A stretch of 64,000 bases of DNA from Paramoeba atlantica (lineage: Eukaryota; Protista; Discosea): NCBI GenBank assembly GCA_977017575.1, contig CDRNVI010000203.1, positions 62,001-126,000 of the forward strand, given 5' to 3'. The translations under genes were made by a program, and so were the position numbers. Shown here piece after piece: positions 20,501 to 36,000 of this stretch; position 1 is the stretch's first letter, and every line of letters begins with the position of its first letter. A model generated the notes under the pieces. It did no database searches, was not told the DNA's origin, and worked only from the letters and a program-made list of their open reading frames with translations.

Positions 20501-23500
20501 TAGATTATTAAAAGCTCAACGTCATTGTTCGCGTTTTACGTTACACTCCACAAGCTAAACAAGTGCGTTCTGCCTTAATAATCACTACCCCTCACCAAAA
20601 GGTCGCAATAATATATGTTTTTAGCGTTTAAGATCTGGAGACCATTTTCAAAATAGAAAATGTCAATCGCTTTTTTCTTACGCAAGTACGTCAAAAAAAT
20701 CGTTTTTCTCCATGAGCTAAAACGAGTTAGTTCGATCGGGCTTTTTTTGATGCTTTTTTTGGATCGCAGCTTCAACAAAAAAAAATTTCTGCTGCTGTTT
20801 TCCAACAAAGAAAATTATAAAAAAATAATTTTGTTGTTGTCAAATACGATCTTTTAAAATATAAAATTTTTTTTATCGTTATAAATTTTATTCCAACATA
20901 AATTTGTTGGAAAAGTAACAGTAAAAAGTTGTTAATGAAAAAAAATAAATTCATTAACAACAACGTTGATGAAAAATATCAATCAACGCTGTTAAATTTC
21001 CAACAAAATAATGTCAGAAAAAAATTTCTGCCGAAATAATTTAGCTGATTAAATTTTTATCACGACAAAAATATTTTTTTGTGGATCAATTAAATCGTTA
21101 TTAACAAAAAAGTTATAACGCTGTTAATTTTCCAACCTAAAAATTTTTTATCTCTCAAAAAATATTTTTTGATGTTCAAAGTTATCGTTTGATAACAAAA
21201 AAGTTATAACGCTGTAACTTTTCCAACAAAAAAAATTTTTTTTCGTGTTAAAAATTATTTTTGATCAATAAAAATTATTTTCGATGTTCAAATTCATCGT
21301 TTGATAACAAAAAAGTTATAACGCTGTTAATTTTCCATCAAAAATTATTTTTTTTTGCTTCAAAAATTTTTTTTAACATAAAAATTTATAATGATGATTA
21401 CAAAATAAGTGTTGCAACTCAAAAAAGTTGTTTAACACTGTTAATTTTCCATCAACATCATAATTTTTATTTAAAAATTTTAATCAAGCTCAATTTTATA
21501 AACATTTTTTGTAAAAAAATTAAAATTTTTACTGGAAAATTACGGTGAGATGCATAAAAATTAGATTTAAACATAAATTTATGCAAACTACCGTTTAATT
21601 TCCAACAAAATTTAAATTTTTTTCATTCAAAAATAGATTTTTTTAATTTTTCGCCGACAAAATTGAAAAAAAATTGAATTTTCATTCAAAAAGTTGTAAA
21701 ATTGAGTCTCAGGATGAAAAAGTGGAAAAAGACCACATTTTATCAATTCGACGCTAAATTAGCAAAAAATTTCAATTTCTACACCTAAATGACTGTAGAA
21801 ATTGGTGTTTTCCTACAATTTTGTGGAAATCCCTGACAAACACTGCTAAATTTCCAACAAAAAGTCAATTTGCAGGTGCTGCCCGTGGATTTTCCAACAA
21901 AATACTAGCAAAACTACTCAAAATGCTATTTTTCCGGCAGAAAACCGTCAAAATCTGCTTTTTCTGGGCAGGAATGACAAAAACGGCCCAAAAAAGGCCC
22001 TGTCATTTTGCCCAAAAACGCAGTATTTTTTCCTGTTCTGGCCTGCAAATTAGCGGATGTCCAAAGCCCCCAAAAAAAGTGACTTGGACTCCGAGCCGAC
22101 TCGAAAAGTCGTATTTTCCGGCAGAAACGAAAAAATATGCCACATTTTGTCCGACGATTATTTACAACTTTTTCTCGCATCCCATCATGGCGATTTTGCG
22201 GATCTGCAGGTTGGGAGGGAGCCAACTGCATTTTTTGGCCGTTTTGAACCCGTTTTGTAAAAAATCGCATATATAAACTCCATAATTTCCCCTCAGAAAT
22301 CTGCCACTTTTGGAGGCCAAAAAGTGTTTTGCAGAATCTCGAGGGCAAAATAGGAGTTTTTTGACCCGATTTTGTGAACAAAACTGGCATCAAAAACTAT
22401 TCCAAATGCTCCAATCCGAATTTCAGCTATTGAACACTAAAAATGCTGAAAATCGCTATTTCGCACTGGAATTCCGCCAAAACTCCTTTTCAATGCGTAT
22501 TTTGGGCGAGAAAACCGTCGATTTTATAATTTTTAAACTTTTTTTTGTATAATTTATCATTTTTAGCGCGGATTTCTATAATTTCTCGCATAATTTATTA
22601 GTTTTATAGCGTTGTAGTTAAAATTTTCATAATTTTATCATCAAAGTCATCATTTTTCTATAATTTCAAACAAAATTATTAAAAAAAATGTTGTCTCAGA
22701 CGAAAAAATTGCATGAAAGTTGTTAAACAACACTAAAACTAAAAAAATATCCCGCAGAAATTAAAAAACCGTGATAAAAATTTATAAATTCAAAAGAAAA
22801 ATTTAAAAATCTTAAAAATTTATGATGAAATCATCTTCTTTGTACCAAAATCAGATGTAAACATCAAAAAATTTTTTTAAAATCACTAGCTGAAACCATC
22901 GTCTATGGTTTCTTTTGTTAATGATCAATGTTTTCATTTCATTCATAACATTTTCACGTTAACTTCGTTCAACTAACTTGAATTTTATTAAAATTATGAT
23001 TCATAAAATAATTTTTTCATTGCTAAAAATAGAATCGCAATGGAAATTATTATGAAACAAGTTTTAATAATTCAAACTTAAGTTTGAACTCGAGTTATAA
23101 AATTTTAATAACATTAATATATACTTTTAAATAACTTCTATAATTAATTCAAAAGAGAATTTATAATTATGAACTTATAAAACTATATTTAATGATTTAA
23201 AAATTTAATAACTTGTTCTAATGTTTTCAATGTAATACGATATTTACGATATATGATCTTCTTTGTTCCAAAATCAGATGTTGATTATCGTACATTCTTA
23301 TTACATGAAAACAAAGAACAGCTACGGATAAGAACTGAAATGCCTTCCATATACCGAGATACTTTAAATTGATTATAGATAAATTTTCTAAAATATTTAA
23401 TTACAAAAATAATTTAAAATATTATTTACAAAACTTATAAATATAATCAATAAAAGTATACGTTATAAAGGAGCGCATAGTTCCTATCACTTTTAAATAC

Positions 23501-26500
23501 GCTATTTTCCTTGATAAAAAAAATCACTGGAAAATTAGCAGTCTTTAAAGAACTTCGATACAAAAAAGTATCTTGACAATCTCTGTTGTTTTTGTTACAA
23601 AAAAATAGTAAATAACTTCAAACATATATACAAAATTAAACGTGTATAAAAAAAGAAAAACATACACTTTGATACATTCAATCAAAAAAGATCTCAATCA
23701 TGTATCATTAACTTTAGCATATATGTAAGAAGTTCCTTGGTGATTAATTCTTTTACGGTTTTCATGTAATAAACATGTACGATAATCAACATCTGATTTT
23801 AACTCAAAGCAGAGTAATCATCGTTAAATATCGTACAAAAGTTATTACAAAGAAAACTGCTAAGAATTATCATCAGGAAATTGCACTAAGATTTCCTTCA
23901 GAAATTCAAGTACAAATATCCGCTTAACTTATAAAAAGATATAAGTAGCTTCTATATATATTTTTTTATCGAAAAAACGATAAATAAATAAAGATCATGA
24001 TAAGATTTCTACGAAATTCAATCATGAAGCATACACTATAGTGTATGCAAATTATTACAAAAATAATAATTTTAAAATTTTTTTCTTCGTAATTCAAAGA
24101 AGAATTTACTTGAAAAAAAATATAAATTTTAATGTTTTCGTGTTTAACTACAACTTAAATTTATATATATTTCGTTAAATTAAGAGAATAATTAAACGAA
24201 ACTGTTACTCGGCAAAAATAAGGGAATTTTTGAGTAACAGACCGTTCAAATTGAAAACAAAAAAACAATTTGCACGGCAATTCTTGGGGTTTTTACGCCT
24301 CACGGCTTCGTGATCGGACTAAAGAGCAGTAGCGAGAGCAAGAAAGTTTGCAGGGGTAGTTGAGTTAGCTATTCCCGGTGGTAGCTAACCTCGATTCCTT
24401 AGTCTTTAGTTGTGGTAATTTGGGATAGCGAAGTAAAATTTTTAAAGTTCGCTATCGACAATTACTATTCTCTTTCATCTTTTGGCGTGCATTGCTAATT
24501 GATCCCAATAGACAATCACATTCAGAAACGATCGTAGCTTTACCTATATGTATGTAAAATATCATACATAAGAATCAATAAGATCTGTTTCGTCTCCTCT
24601 TTTTTCTTTTAAAATAGCAGGACTAATCTATATTATATAATTATTATTCAACTTTTTTAATTATATTTTATCTGCTTGAACACCATAGTTCGATAAAAAA
24701 TAAATAAAAAGATGAATAAATAACTAAAAAATAAAGATAGACAAGAACAAGAATAGTTTAGTTTAATTCCGTGTTAAATCCTCAATCCTTAAGTCGGATT
24801 TGTCACTCCATATACGATCAAACTTTATTTACTTAAATTTTTACAAAGATAGTAAAATTAAAAGTATAAAGATGATCTAGCTCACCAGTTTTATTTAAAT
24901 TAAAATCTTACACAATGATTTTATATTTATAAACTACTCGCTTCCATCGACCCTCGACTTTGTTGAAGTTTAAGTTTTTGAGTTTACGATATTAAAGAGA
25001 AAAAAAATATTATTGCGCTCTATTGGTGGGGCTTTCGTTAGATTATTAAAAGCTCAACGTCATTGTTCGCGTTTTACGTTACACTCCACAAGCTAAACAA
25101 GTGCGTTCTGCCTTAATAATCACTACCCCTCACCAAAAGGTCGCAATAATATATGTTTTTAGCGTTTAAGATCTGGAGACCATTTTCAAAATAGAAAATG
25201 TCAATCGCTTTTTTCTTACGCAAGTACGTCAAAAAAATCGTTTTTCTCCATGAGCTAAAACGAGTTAGTTCGATCGGGCTTTTTTTGATGCTTTTTTTGG
25301 ATCGCAGCTTCAACAAAAAAAAATTTCTGCTGCTGTTTTCCAACAAAGAAAATTATAAAAAAATAATTTTGTTGTTGTCAAATACGATCTTTTAAAATAT
25401 AAAATTTTTTTTATCGTTATAAATTTTATTCCAACATAAATTTGTTGGAAAAGTAACAGTAAAAAGTTGTTAATGAAAAAAAATAAATTCATTAACAACA
25501 ACGTTGATGAAAAATATCAATCAACGCTGTTAAATTTCCAACAAAATAATGTCAGAAAAAAATTTCTGCCGAAATAATTTAGCTGATTAAATTTTTATCA
25601 CGACAAAAATATTTTTTTGTGGATCAATTAAATCGTTATTAACAAAAAAGTTATAACGCTGTTAATTTTCCAACCTAAAAATTTTTTATCTCTCAAAAAA
25701 TATTTTTTGATGTTCAAAGTTATCGTTTGATAACAAAAAAGTTATAACGCTGTAACTTTTCCAACAAAAAAAATTTTTTTTCGTGTTAAAAATTATTTTT
25801 GATCAATAAAAATTATTTTCGATGTTCAAATTCATCGTTTGATAACAAAAAAGTTATAACGCTGTTAATTTTCCATCAAAAATTATTTTTTTTTGCTTCA
25901 AAAATTTTTTTTAACATAAAAATTTATAATGATGATTACAAAATAAGTGTTGCAACTCAAAAAAGTTGTTTAACACTGTTAATTTTCCATCAACATCATA
26001 ATTTTTATTTAAAAATTTTAATCAAGATCAATTTTATAAACATTTTTTGTAAAAAAATTAAAATTTTTACTGGAAAATTACGGTGAGATGCATAAAAATT
26101 AGATTTAAACATAAATTTATGCAAACTACCGTTTAATTTCCAACAAAATTTAAATTTTTTTCATTCAAAAATAGATTTTTTTAATTTTTCGCCGACAAAA
26201 TTGAAAAAAAATTGAATTTTCATTCAAAAAGTTGTAAAATTGAGTCTCAGGATGAAAAAGTGGAAAAAGACCACATTTTATCAATTCGACGCTAAATTAG
26301 CAAAAAATTTCAATTTCTACACCTAAATGACTGTAGAAATTGGTGTTTTCCTACAATTTTGTGGAAATCCCTGACAAACACTGCTAAATTTCCAACAAAA
26401 AGTCAATTTGCAGGTGCTGCCCGTGGATTTTCCAACAAAATACTAGCAAAACTACTCAAAATGCTATTTTTCCGGCAGAAAACCGTCAAAATCTGCTTTT

Positions 26501-29500
26501 TCTGGGCAGGAATGACAAAAACGGCCCAAAAAAGGCCCTGTCATTTTGCCCAAAAACGCAGTATTTTTTCCTGTTCTGGCCTGCAAATTAGCGGATGTCC
26601 AAAGCCCCCAAAAAAAGTGACTTGGACTCCGAGCCGACTCGAAAAGTCGTATTTTCCGGCAGAAACGAAAAAATATGCCACATTTTGTCCGACGATTATT
26701 TACAACTTTTTCTCGCATCCCATCATGGCGATTTTGCGGATCTGCAGGTTGGGAGGGAGCCAACTGCATTTTTTGGCCGTTTTGAACCCGTTTTGTAAAA
26801 AATCGCATATATAAACTCCATAATTTCCCCTCAGAAATCTGCCACTTTTGGAGGCCAAAAAGTGTTTTGCAGAATCTCGAGGGCAAAATAGGAGTTTTTT
26901 GACCCGATTTTGTGAACAAAACTGGCATCAAAAACTATTCCAAATGCTCCAATCCGAATTTCAGCTATTGAACACTAAAAATGCTGAAAATCGCTATTTC
27001 GCACTGGAATTCCGCCAAAACTCCTTTTCAATGCGTATTTTGGGCGAGAAAACCGTCGATTTTATAATTTTTAAACTTTTTTTTGTATAATTTATCATTT
27101 TTAGCGCGGATTTCTATAATTTCTCGCATAATTTATTAGTTTTATAGCGTTGTAGTTAAAATTTTCATAATTTTATCATCAAAGTCATCATTTTTCTATA
27201 ATTTCAAACAAAATTATTAAAAAAAATGTTGTCTCAGACGAAAAAATTGCATGAAAGTTGTTAAACAACACTAAAACTAAAAAAATATCCCGCAGAAATT
27301 AAAAAACCGTGATAAAAATTTATAAATTCAAAAGAAAAATTTAAAAATCTTAAAAATTTATGATGAAATCATCTTCTTTGTACCAAAATCAGATGTAAAC
27401 ATCAAAAAATTTTTTTAAAATCACTAGCTGAAACCATCGTCTATGGTTTCTTTTGTTAATGATCAATGTTTTCATTTCATTCATAACATTTTCACGTTAA
27501 CTTCGTTCAACTAACTTGAATTTTATTAAAATTATGATTCATAAAATAATTTTTTCATTGCTAAAAATAGAATCGCAATGGAAATTATTATGAAACAAGT
27601 TTTAATAATTCAAACTTAAGTTTGAACTCGAGTTATAAAATTTTAATAACATTAATATATACTTTTAAATAACTTCTATAATTAATTCAAAAGAGAATTT
27701 ATAATTATGAACTTATAAAACTATATTTAATGATTTAAAAATTTAATAACTTGTTCTAATGTTTTCAATGTAATACGATATTTACGATATATGATCTTCT
27801 TTGTTCCAAAATCAGATGTTGATTATCGTACATTCTTATTACATGAAAACAAAGAACAGCTACGGATAAGAACTGAAATGCCTTCCATATACCGAGATAC
27901 TTTAAATTGATTATAGATAAATTTTCTAAAATATTTAATTACAAAAATAATTTAAAATATTATTTACAAAACTTATAAATATAATCAATAAAAGTATACG
28001 TTATAAAGGAGCGCATAGTTCCTATCACTTTTAAATACGCTATTTTCCTTGATAAAAAAAATCACTGGAAAATTAGCAGTCTTTAAAGAACTTCGATACA
28101 AAAAAGTATCTTGACAATCTCTGTTGTTTTTGTTACAAAAAAATAGTAAATAACTTCAAACATATATACAAAATTAAACGTGTATAAAAAAAGAAAAACA
28201 TACACTTTGATACATTCAATCAAAAAAGATCTCAATCATGTATCATTAACTTTAGCATATATGTAAGAAGTTCCTTGGTGATTAATTCTTTTACGGTTTT
28301 CATGTAATAAACATGTACGATAATCAACATCTGATTTTAACTCAAAGCAGAGTAATCATCGTTAAATATCGTACAAAAGTTATTACAAAGAAAACTGCTA
28401 AGAATTATCATCAGGAAATTGCACTAAGATTTCCTTCAGAAATTCAAGTACAAATATCCGCTTAACTTATAAAAAGATATAAGTAGCTTCTATATATATT
28501 TTTTTATCGAAAAAACGATAAATAAATAAAGATCATGATAAGATTTCTACGAAATTCAATCATGAAGCATACACTATAGTGTATGCAAATTATTACAAAA
28601 ATAATAATTTTAAAATTTTTTTCTTCGTAATTCAAAGAAGAATTTACTTGAAAAAAAATATAAATTTTAATGTTTTCGTGTTTAACTACAACTTAAATTT
28701 ATATATATTTCGTTAAATTAAGAGAATAATTAAACGAAACTGTTACTCGGCAAAAATAAGGGAATTTTTGAGTAACAGACCGTTCAAATTGAAAACAAAA
28801 AAACAATTTGCACGGCAATTCTTGGGGTTTTTACGCCTCACGGCTTCGTGATCGGACTAAAGAGCAGTAGCGAGAGCAAGAAAGTTTGCAGGGGTAGTTG
28901 AGTTAGCTATTCCCGGTGGAAGCTAACCTCGATTCTTTAGTCTTTAGTTGTGGTAATTTGGGATAGTGAAGTAAAATTTTTAAAGTTCACTATCGACAAT
29001 TACTATTCTCTTTCATCTTTTGGCGTGCATTGCTAATTGATCCCAATAGACAATCACATTCAGAAATGATCGTTGCTATCCCTATATGTATGTAAAATAT
29101 CATACATAAGAATCAATAAGATCTATTTCGTCTCCTCTTTCATCCTTTTAACATAGCAAGACTAATCTATATTATATAATTATTATTCAACTTTTTTAAT
29201 TATATTTTATCTGCTTGAACACCATAGTTCGATAAAAAATAAATAAAAAGATGAATAAATAACTAAAAAATAAAGATAGACAAGAACAAGAATAGTTTAG
29301 TTTAATTCCGTGTTAAATCCTCAATCCTTAAGTCGGATTTGTCACTCCATATACGATCAAACTTTATTTACTTAAATTTTTACAAAGATAGTAAAATTAA
29401 AAGTATAAAGATGATCTAGCTCACCAGTTTTATTTAAATTAAAATCTTACACAATGATTTTATATTTATAAACTACTCGCTTCCATCGACCCTCGACTTT

Positions 29501-32282
29501 GTTGAAGTTTAAGTTTTTGAGTTTACGATATTAAAGAGAAAAAAAATATTATTGCGCTCTATTGGTGGGGCTTTCGTTAAATTATTAAAAGCTCAACGTC
29601 ATTGTTCGCGTTTTACGTTACACTCCACAAGCTAAACAAGTGCGTTCTGCCTTAATAATCACTACCCCTCACCAAAAGGTCGCAATAATATATGTTTTTA
29701 GCGTTTAAGATCTGGAGACCATTTTCAAAATAGAAAATGTCAATCGCTTTTTTCTTACGCAAGTACGTCAAAAAAATCGTTTTTCTCCATGAGCTAAAAC
29801 GAGTTAGTTCGATCGGGCTTTTTTTGATGCTTTTTTTGGATCGCAGCTTCAACAAAAAAAAATTTCCGCTGCTGTTTTCCAACAAAGAAAATTATAAAAA
29901 AATAATTTTGTTGTTGTCAAATACGATCTTTTAAAATATAAAATTTTTTTTATCGTTATAAATTTTATTCCGACATAAATTTGTTGGAAAAGTAACAGTA
30001 AAAAGTTGTTAATGAAAAAAAAATAAATTCATTAACAACAACGTTGATGAAAAATAACAATCAACGCTGTTAAATTTCCAACAAAATAATGTCAGAAAAA
30101 AATTTCTGCCGAAATAATTTAGCTGATTAAATTTTTATCACGACAAAAATATTTTTTTGTTGATCAATTAAATCGTTATTAACAAAAAAGTTATAACGCT
30201 GTTAATTTTCCAACATAAAAATTTTTTATCTCTCAAAAAATATTTTTTGATGTTCAAAGTTATCGTTTGATAACAAAAAAGTTATAACGCTGTAACTTTT
30301 CCAACAAAAAAAATTTTTTTTCGTGTTAAAAATTATTTTTGATCAATAAAAATTATTTTCGATGTTCAAATTCATCGTTTGATAACAAAAAAGTTATAAC
30401 GCTGTTAATTTTCCATCAAAAATTATTTTTTTTGCTTCAAAAATTTTTTTTAACATAAAAATTTATAATGATGATTACAAAATAAGTGTTGCAACTCAAA
30501 AAAGTTGTTTAACACTGTTAATTTTCCATCAACATCATAATTTTTATTTAAAAATTTTAATCAAAATCAATTTTATAAACATTTTTTGTAAAAAAATTAA
30601 AATTTTTACTGGAAAATTACGGTGAGATGCATAAAAATTAGATTTAAACATAAATTTATGCAAACTACCGTTTAATTTCCAACAAAATTTAAATTTTTTT
30701 CATTCAAAAATAGATTTTTTTAATTTTTCGCCGACAAAATTGAAAAAAAATTGAATTTTCATTCAAAAAGTTGTAAAATTGAGTCTCAGGATGAAAAAGT
30801 GGAAAAAGACCACATTTTATCAATTCGACGCTAAATTAGCAAAAAATTTCAATTTCTACACCTAAATGACTGTAGAAATTGGTGTTTTCCTACAATTTTG
30901 TGGAAACTCCTGACAAACACTGCTAAATTTCCAACAAAAAGTCAATTTGCAGGTGCTGCCCGTGGATTTTCCAACAAAATACTAGCAAAACTACTCAAAA
31001 TGCTATTTTTCCGGCAGAAAACCGTCAAAATCTGCTTTTTCTGGGCAGGAATGACAAAAACGGCCCAAAAAAGGCCCTGTCATTTTGCCCAAAAACGCAG
31101 TATTTTTTCCTGTTCTGGCCTGCAAATTAGCGGATGTCCAAGTGCCCCAAAAAAAGTGACTTGGACTCCGAGCCGACTCGAAAAGTCGTATTTTCCGGCA
31201 GAAACGAAAAAATATGCCACATTTTGTCCGACGATTATTTACAACTTTTTCTCGCATCCCATCATAGCGATTTTGCGGATCTGCAAGTTGGGAGGGAACC
31301 AACTGCATTTTTTGGCCGTTTTGAACCCGTTTTGTAAAAAATCGCATATATAAACTCCATAATTTCCCCTCAGAAATCTGCCACTTTTGGACGCCAAAAA
31401 GTGTTTTGCAGAATCTCGAGGGCAAAATAGGAGTTTTTTGACCCGATTTTGTGAACAAAACTGGCATCAAAAACTATTCCAAATGCTCCAATCCGAATTT
31501 CAGCTATTGAACACTAAAAATGCTGAAAATCGCTATTTCGCACTGGAATTCCGCCAAAACTCCTTTTCAATGCGTATTTTGGGCGAGAAAATCGTGAATT
31601 TTATAATTTTTAAACTTTTTTTTGTATAATTTATCATTTTTAGCGCGGATTTGTATAATTTCTCGCATAATTTATTAGTTTTATAGCGTTGTAGTTAAAA
31701 TTTTCATAATTTTATCATCAAAGTCATCATTTTTCTATAATTTCAAACAAAATTATTAAAAAAAATGTTGTCTCAGACGAAAAAATTGCATGAAAGTTGT
31801 TAAACAACACTAAAACTAAAAAAATATCCCGCAGAAATTAAAAAACCGTGATAAAAATTTATAAATTCAAAAGAAAAATTTAAAAATCTTAAAAATTTAT
31901 GATGAAATCATCTTCTTTGTACCAAAATCAGATGTAAACATCAAAAAATTTTTTTAAAATCACTAGTTGAAACCATCGTCTATGGTTTCTTTTGTTAATG
32001 ATCAATGTTTTCATTTCATTCATAACATTTTCACGTTAACTTCGTTCAACTAACTTGAATTTTATTAAAATTATGATTCATAAAATAATTTTTTCATTGC
32101 TAAAAATAAAACCGCAATGGAAATTATTATGAAACAAGTTTTAATAATTCAAACTTAAGTTTGAACTCGAGTTATAAAATTTTAATAACATTAATATATA
32201 CTTTTAAATAACTTCTATAATTAATTCAAAAGAGAATTTATAATTAAGAACTTATAAAACTATATTTAATGATTTAAAACTT

Positions 32283-32410
32283 AATAACTTGTTGTAATGT
32301 TTTCAATATAATAATATATTTACGATATATTATCTTCTTTGTTCCAAAATCAGATGTTGATTATCGTACATTCTTATTACATGAAAACATAACAACATAA
32401 AGAATACAAT
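32283..32410 (-). ncRNA. Scaffold hairpin with variable arms, cassette C, minus strand
   Basis: Scaffold 32299-32388. Arm pairing is shorter (TGTTGTTAT/ATTACAACA). Second copy in unit 12 (+18221). Confidence 0.5.
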
Positions 32411-32534
32411 AGGCACTCCTTACATTTAAATGCCCTTAATATAATTTATCGATATATTTAATTACACAAATAATTTAAAATATAATTTATAAAATATTAA
32501 TAAAGTTCATGTAAAATGTAAGAAGTTACCCTAG

Positions 32535-32678
32535 TTTTCCTGGTATTGTGAGTATGTTTTCATGTAATAAACATGTACGATAATCAACATCTGATTTTGA
32601 CTCAAAGCAGAGTAATCATCGTTAAATATCGTTACAAAGTTATTACAAATAAAACATAAATCACTAATAACAGGAAAA
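32535..32678 (+). ncRNA. Scaffold hairpin with variable arms, cassette C, plus copy 1
   Basis: Scaffold 32556-32655. Arms TTTTCCTGGTATTGTGAGTAT / ATAAATCACTAATAACAGGAAAA pair imperfectly. Confidence 0.7.
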
Positions 32679-32890
32679 TATTAAATACAAAAATATTTAA
32701 TAAACTTCGATGCAAAAAAGCATCTTGACAATCTCTGTGTTTTTGTTAAAAAAAATAGCGTAAAACTACAAAACCATATATATAAAATGAAAAGTGTATA
32801 AAAAAGAAAAGCATACACTTTGATACATTCAATCGAAAAATATCTCAATCATGTATCATTAATTTTAGTATATATGGTAGGAGTTTTACC

Positions 32891-33030
32891 TTTACAGTGC
32901 TATTAGTCATGTTTTCATGTAATAAGAATGTACGATAATCAACATCTGATTTGCACTCAAAGTAGAGTAATCATCGTTAAATATCAGTACAAAGTCATTA
33001 CAAGAAAACTAAAGATTAAAGCACTGTAAA
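32891..33030 (+). ncRNA. Scaffold hairpin with variable arms, cassette C, plus copy 2
   Basis: Scaffold 32911-33009. Arms TTTACAGTGCTATTAGTCAT / TAAAGATTAAAGCACTGTAAA include a perfect 11 bp TTTACAGTGCT/AGCACTGTAAA. Confidence 0.7.
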
Positions 33031-36000
33031 ATTGCACTAAGATTTCCTTCAGAAATTCAAGTGCAAATATCCGCCCAACTTATAAAATATAAGTGGCGTC
33101 TATATATATTTTTTTATCGAAAAAAACGATAAATAAATAAAGATCATGATAAGATTTCTACGAAATTCAATCATGAAGCATACACTATAGTGTATGCAAA
33201 TTATTACAAAAATAATAATTTTAAAATTTTTTCTTCGAAATTCAAAGAAGAATTTATTCGAAAAAAATATAAATTTTAATGTTTTCGTGTTTAACTACAA
33301 CTTAAATTTATATATATTTCGTTAAATTAAGAGAATAATTAAACGAAACTGTTACTCGGCAAAAATAAGGGAATTTTTGAGTAACAGACCGTTCAAATTG
33401 AAAACAAAAAAACAATTTGCACGGCAATTCTTGGGGTTTTTACGCCTCACGGCTTCGTGATTGGACTAAAGAGCAGGAGCGAGAGCAAGAAAGTTTGCAG
33501 GGGTAGTTGAGTTAGCTATTCCCGGTGGTAGCTAACCTCGATTCCTTAGTCTTTAGTTGTGGTAATTTGGGATAGCGAAGTAAAATTTTTAAAGTTCGCT
33601 ATCGACAATTACTATTCTCTTTCATCTTTTGGCGTGCATTGCTAATTGATCCCAATAGACAATCACATTCAGAAACGATCGTAGCTTTACCTATATGTAT
33701 GTAAAATATCATACATAAGAATCAATAAGATCTGTTTCGTCTCCTCTTTTTTCTTTTAAAATAGCAGGACTAATCTATATTATATAATTATTATTCAACT
33801 TTTTTAATTATATTTTATCTGCTTGAACACCATAGTTCGATAAAAAATAAATAAAAAGATGAATAAATAACTAAAAAATAAAGATAGACAAGAACAAGAA
33901 TAGTTTAGTTTAATTCCGTGTTAAATCCTCAATCCTTAAGTCGGATTTGTCACTCCATATACGATCAAACTTTATTTACTTAAATTTTTACAAAGATAGT
34001 AAAATTAAAAGTATAAAGATGATCTAGCTCACCAGTTTTATTTAAATTAAAATCTTACACAATGATTTTATATTTATAAACTACTCGCTTCCATCGACCC
34101 TCGACTTTGTTGAAGTTTAAGTTTTTGAGTTTACGATATTAAAGAGAAAAAAAATATTATTGCGCTCTATTGGTGGGGCTTTCGTTAGATTATTAAAAGC
34201 TCAACGTCATTGTTCGCGTTTTACGTTACACTCCACAAGCTAAACAAGTGCGTTCTGCCTTAATAATCACTACCCCTCACCAAAAGGTCGCAATAATATA
34301 TGTTTTTAGCGTTTAAGATCTGGAGACCATTTTCAAAATAGAAAATGTCAATCGCTTTTTTCTTACGCAAGTACGTCAAAAAAATCGTTTTTCTCCATGA
34401 GCTAAAACGAGTTAGTTCGATCGGGCTTTTTTTGATGCTTTTTTTGGATCGCAGCTTCAACAAAAAAAAATTTCTGCTGCTGTTTTCCAACAAAGAAAAT
34501 TATAAAAAAATAATTTTGTTGTTGTCAAATACGATCTTTTAAAATATAAAATTTTTTTTATCGTTATAAATTTTATTCCAACATAAATTTGTTGGAAAAG
34601 TAACAGTAAAAAGTTGTTAATGAAAAAAAATAAATTCATTAACAACAACGTTGATGAAAAATATCAATCAACGCTGTTAAATTTCCAACAAAATAATGTC
34701 AGAAAAAAATTTCTGCCGAAATAATTTAGCTGATTAAATTTTTATCACGACAAAAATATTTTTTTGTGGATCAATTAAATCGTTATTAACAAAAAAGTTA
34801 TAACGCTGTTAATTTTCCAACCTAAAAATTTTTTATCTCTCAAAAAATATTTTTTGATGTTCAAAGTTATCGTTTGATAACAAAAAAGTTATAACGCTGT
34901 AACTTTTCCAACAAAAAAAATTTTTTTTCGTGTTAAAAATTATTTTTGATCAATAAAAATTATTTTCGATGTTCAAATTCATCGTTTGATAACAAAAAAG
35001 TTATAACGCTGTTAATTTTCCATCAAAAATTATTTTTTTTTGCTTCAAAAATTTTTTTTAACATAAAAATTTATAATGATGATTACAAAATAAGTGTTGC
35101 AACTCAAAAAAGTTGTTTAACACTGTTAATTTTCCATCAACATCATAATTTTTATTTAAAAATTTTAATCAAGCTCAATTTTATAAACATTTTTTGTAAA
35201 AAAATTAAAATTTTTACTGGAAAATTACGGTGAGATGCATAAAAATTAGATTTAAACATAAATTTATGCAAACTACCGTTTAATTTCCAACAAAATTTAA
35301 ATTTTTTTCATTCAAAAATAGATTTTTTTAATTTTTCGCCGACAAAATTGAAAAAAAATTGAATTTTCATTCAAAAAGTTGTAAAATTGAGTCTCAGGAT
35401 GAAAAAGTGGAAAAAGACCACATTTTATCAATTCGACGCTAAATTAGCAAAAAATTTCAATTTCTACACCTAAATGACTGTAGAAATTGGTGTTTTCCTA
35501 CAATTTTGTGGAAATCCCTGACAAACACTGCTAAATTTCCAACAAAAAGTCAATTTGCAGGTGCTGCCCGTGGATTTTCCAACAAAATACTAGCAAAACT
35601 ACTCAAAATGCTATTTTTCCGGCAGAAAACCGTCAAAATCTGCTTTTTCTGGGCAGGAATGACAAAAACGGCCCAAAAAAGGCCCTGTCATTTTGCCCAA
35701 AAACGCAGTATTTTTTCCTGTTCTGGCCTGCAAATTAGCGGATGTCCAAAGCCCCCAAAAAAAGTGACTTGGACTCCGAGCCGACTCGAAAAGTCGTATT
35801 TTCCGGCAGAAACGAAAAAATATGCCACATTTTGTCCGACGATTATTTACAACTTTTTCTCGCATCCCATCATGGCGATTTTGCGGATCTGCAGGTTGGG
35901 AGGGAGCCAACTGCATTTTTTGGCCGTTTTGAACCCGTTTTGTAAAAAATCGCATATATAAACTCCATAATTTCCCCTCAGAAATCTGCCACTTTTGGAG

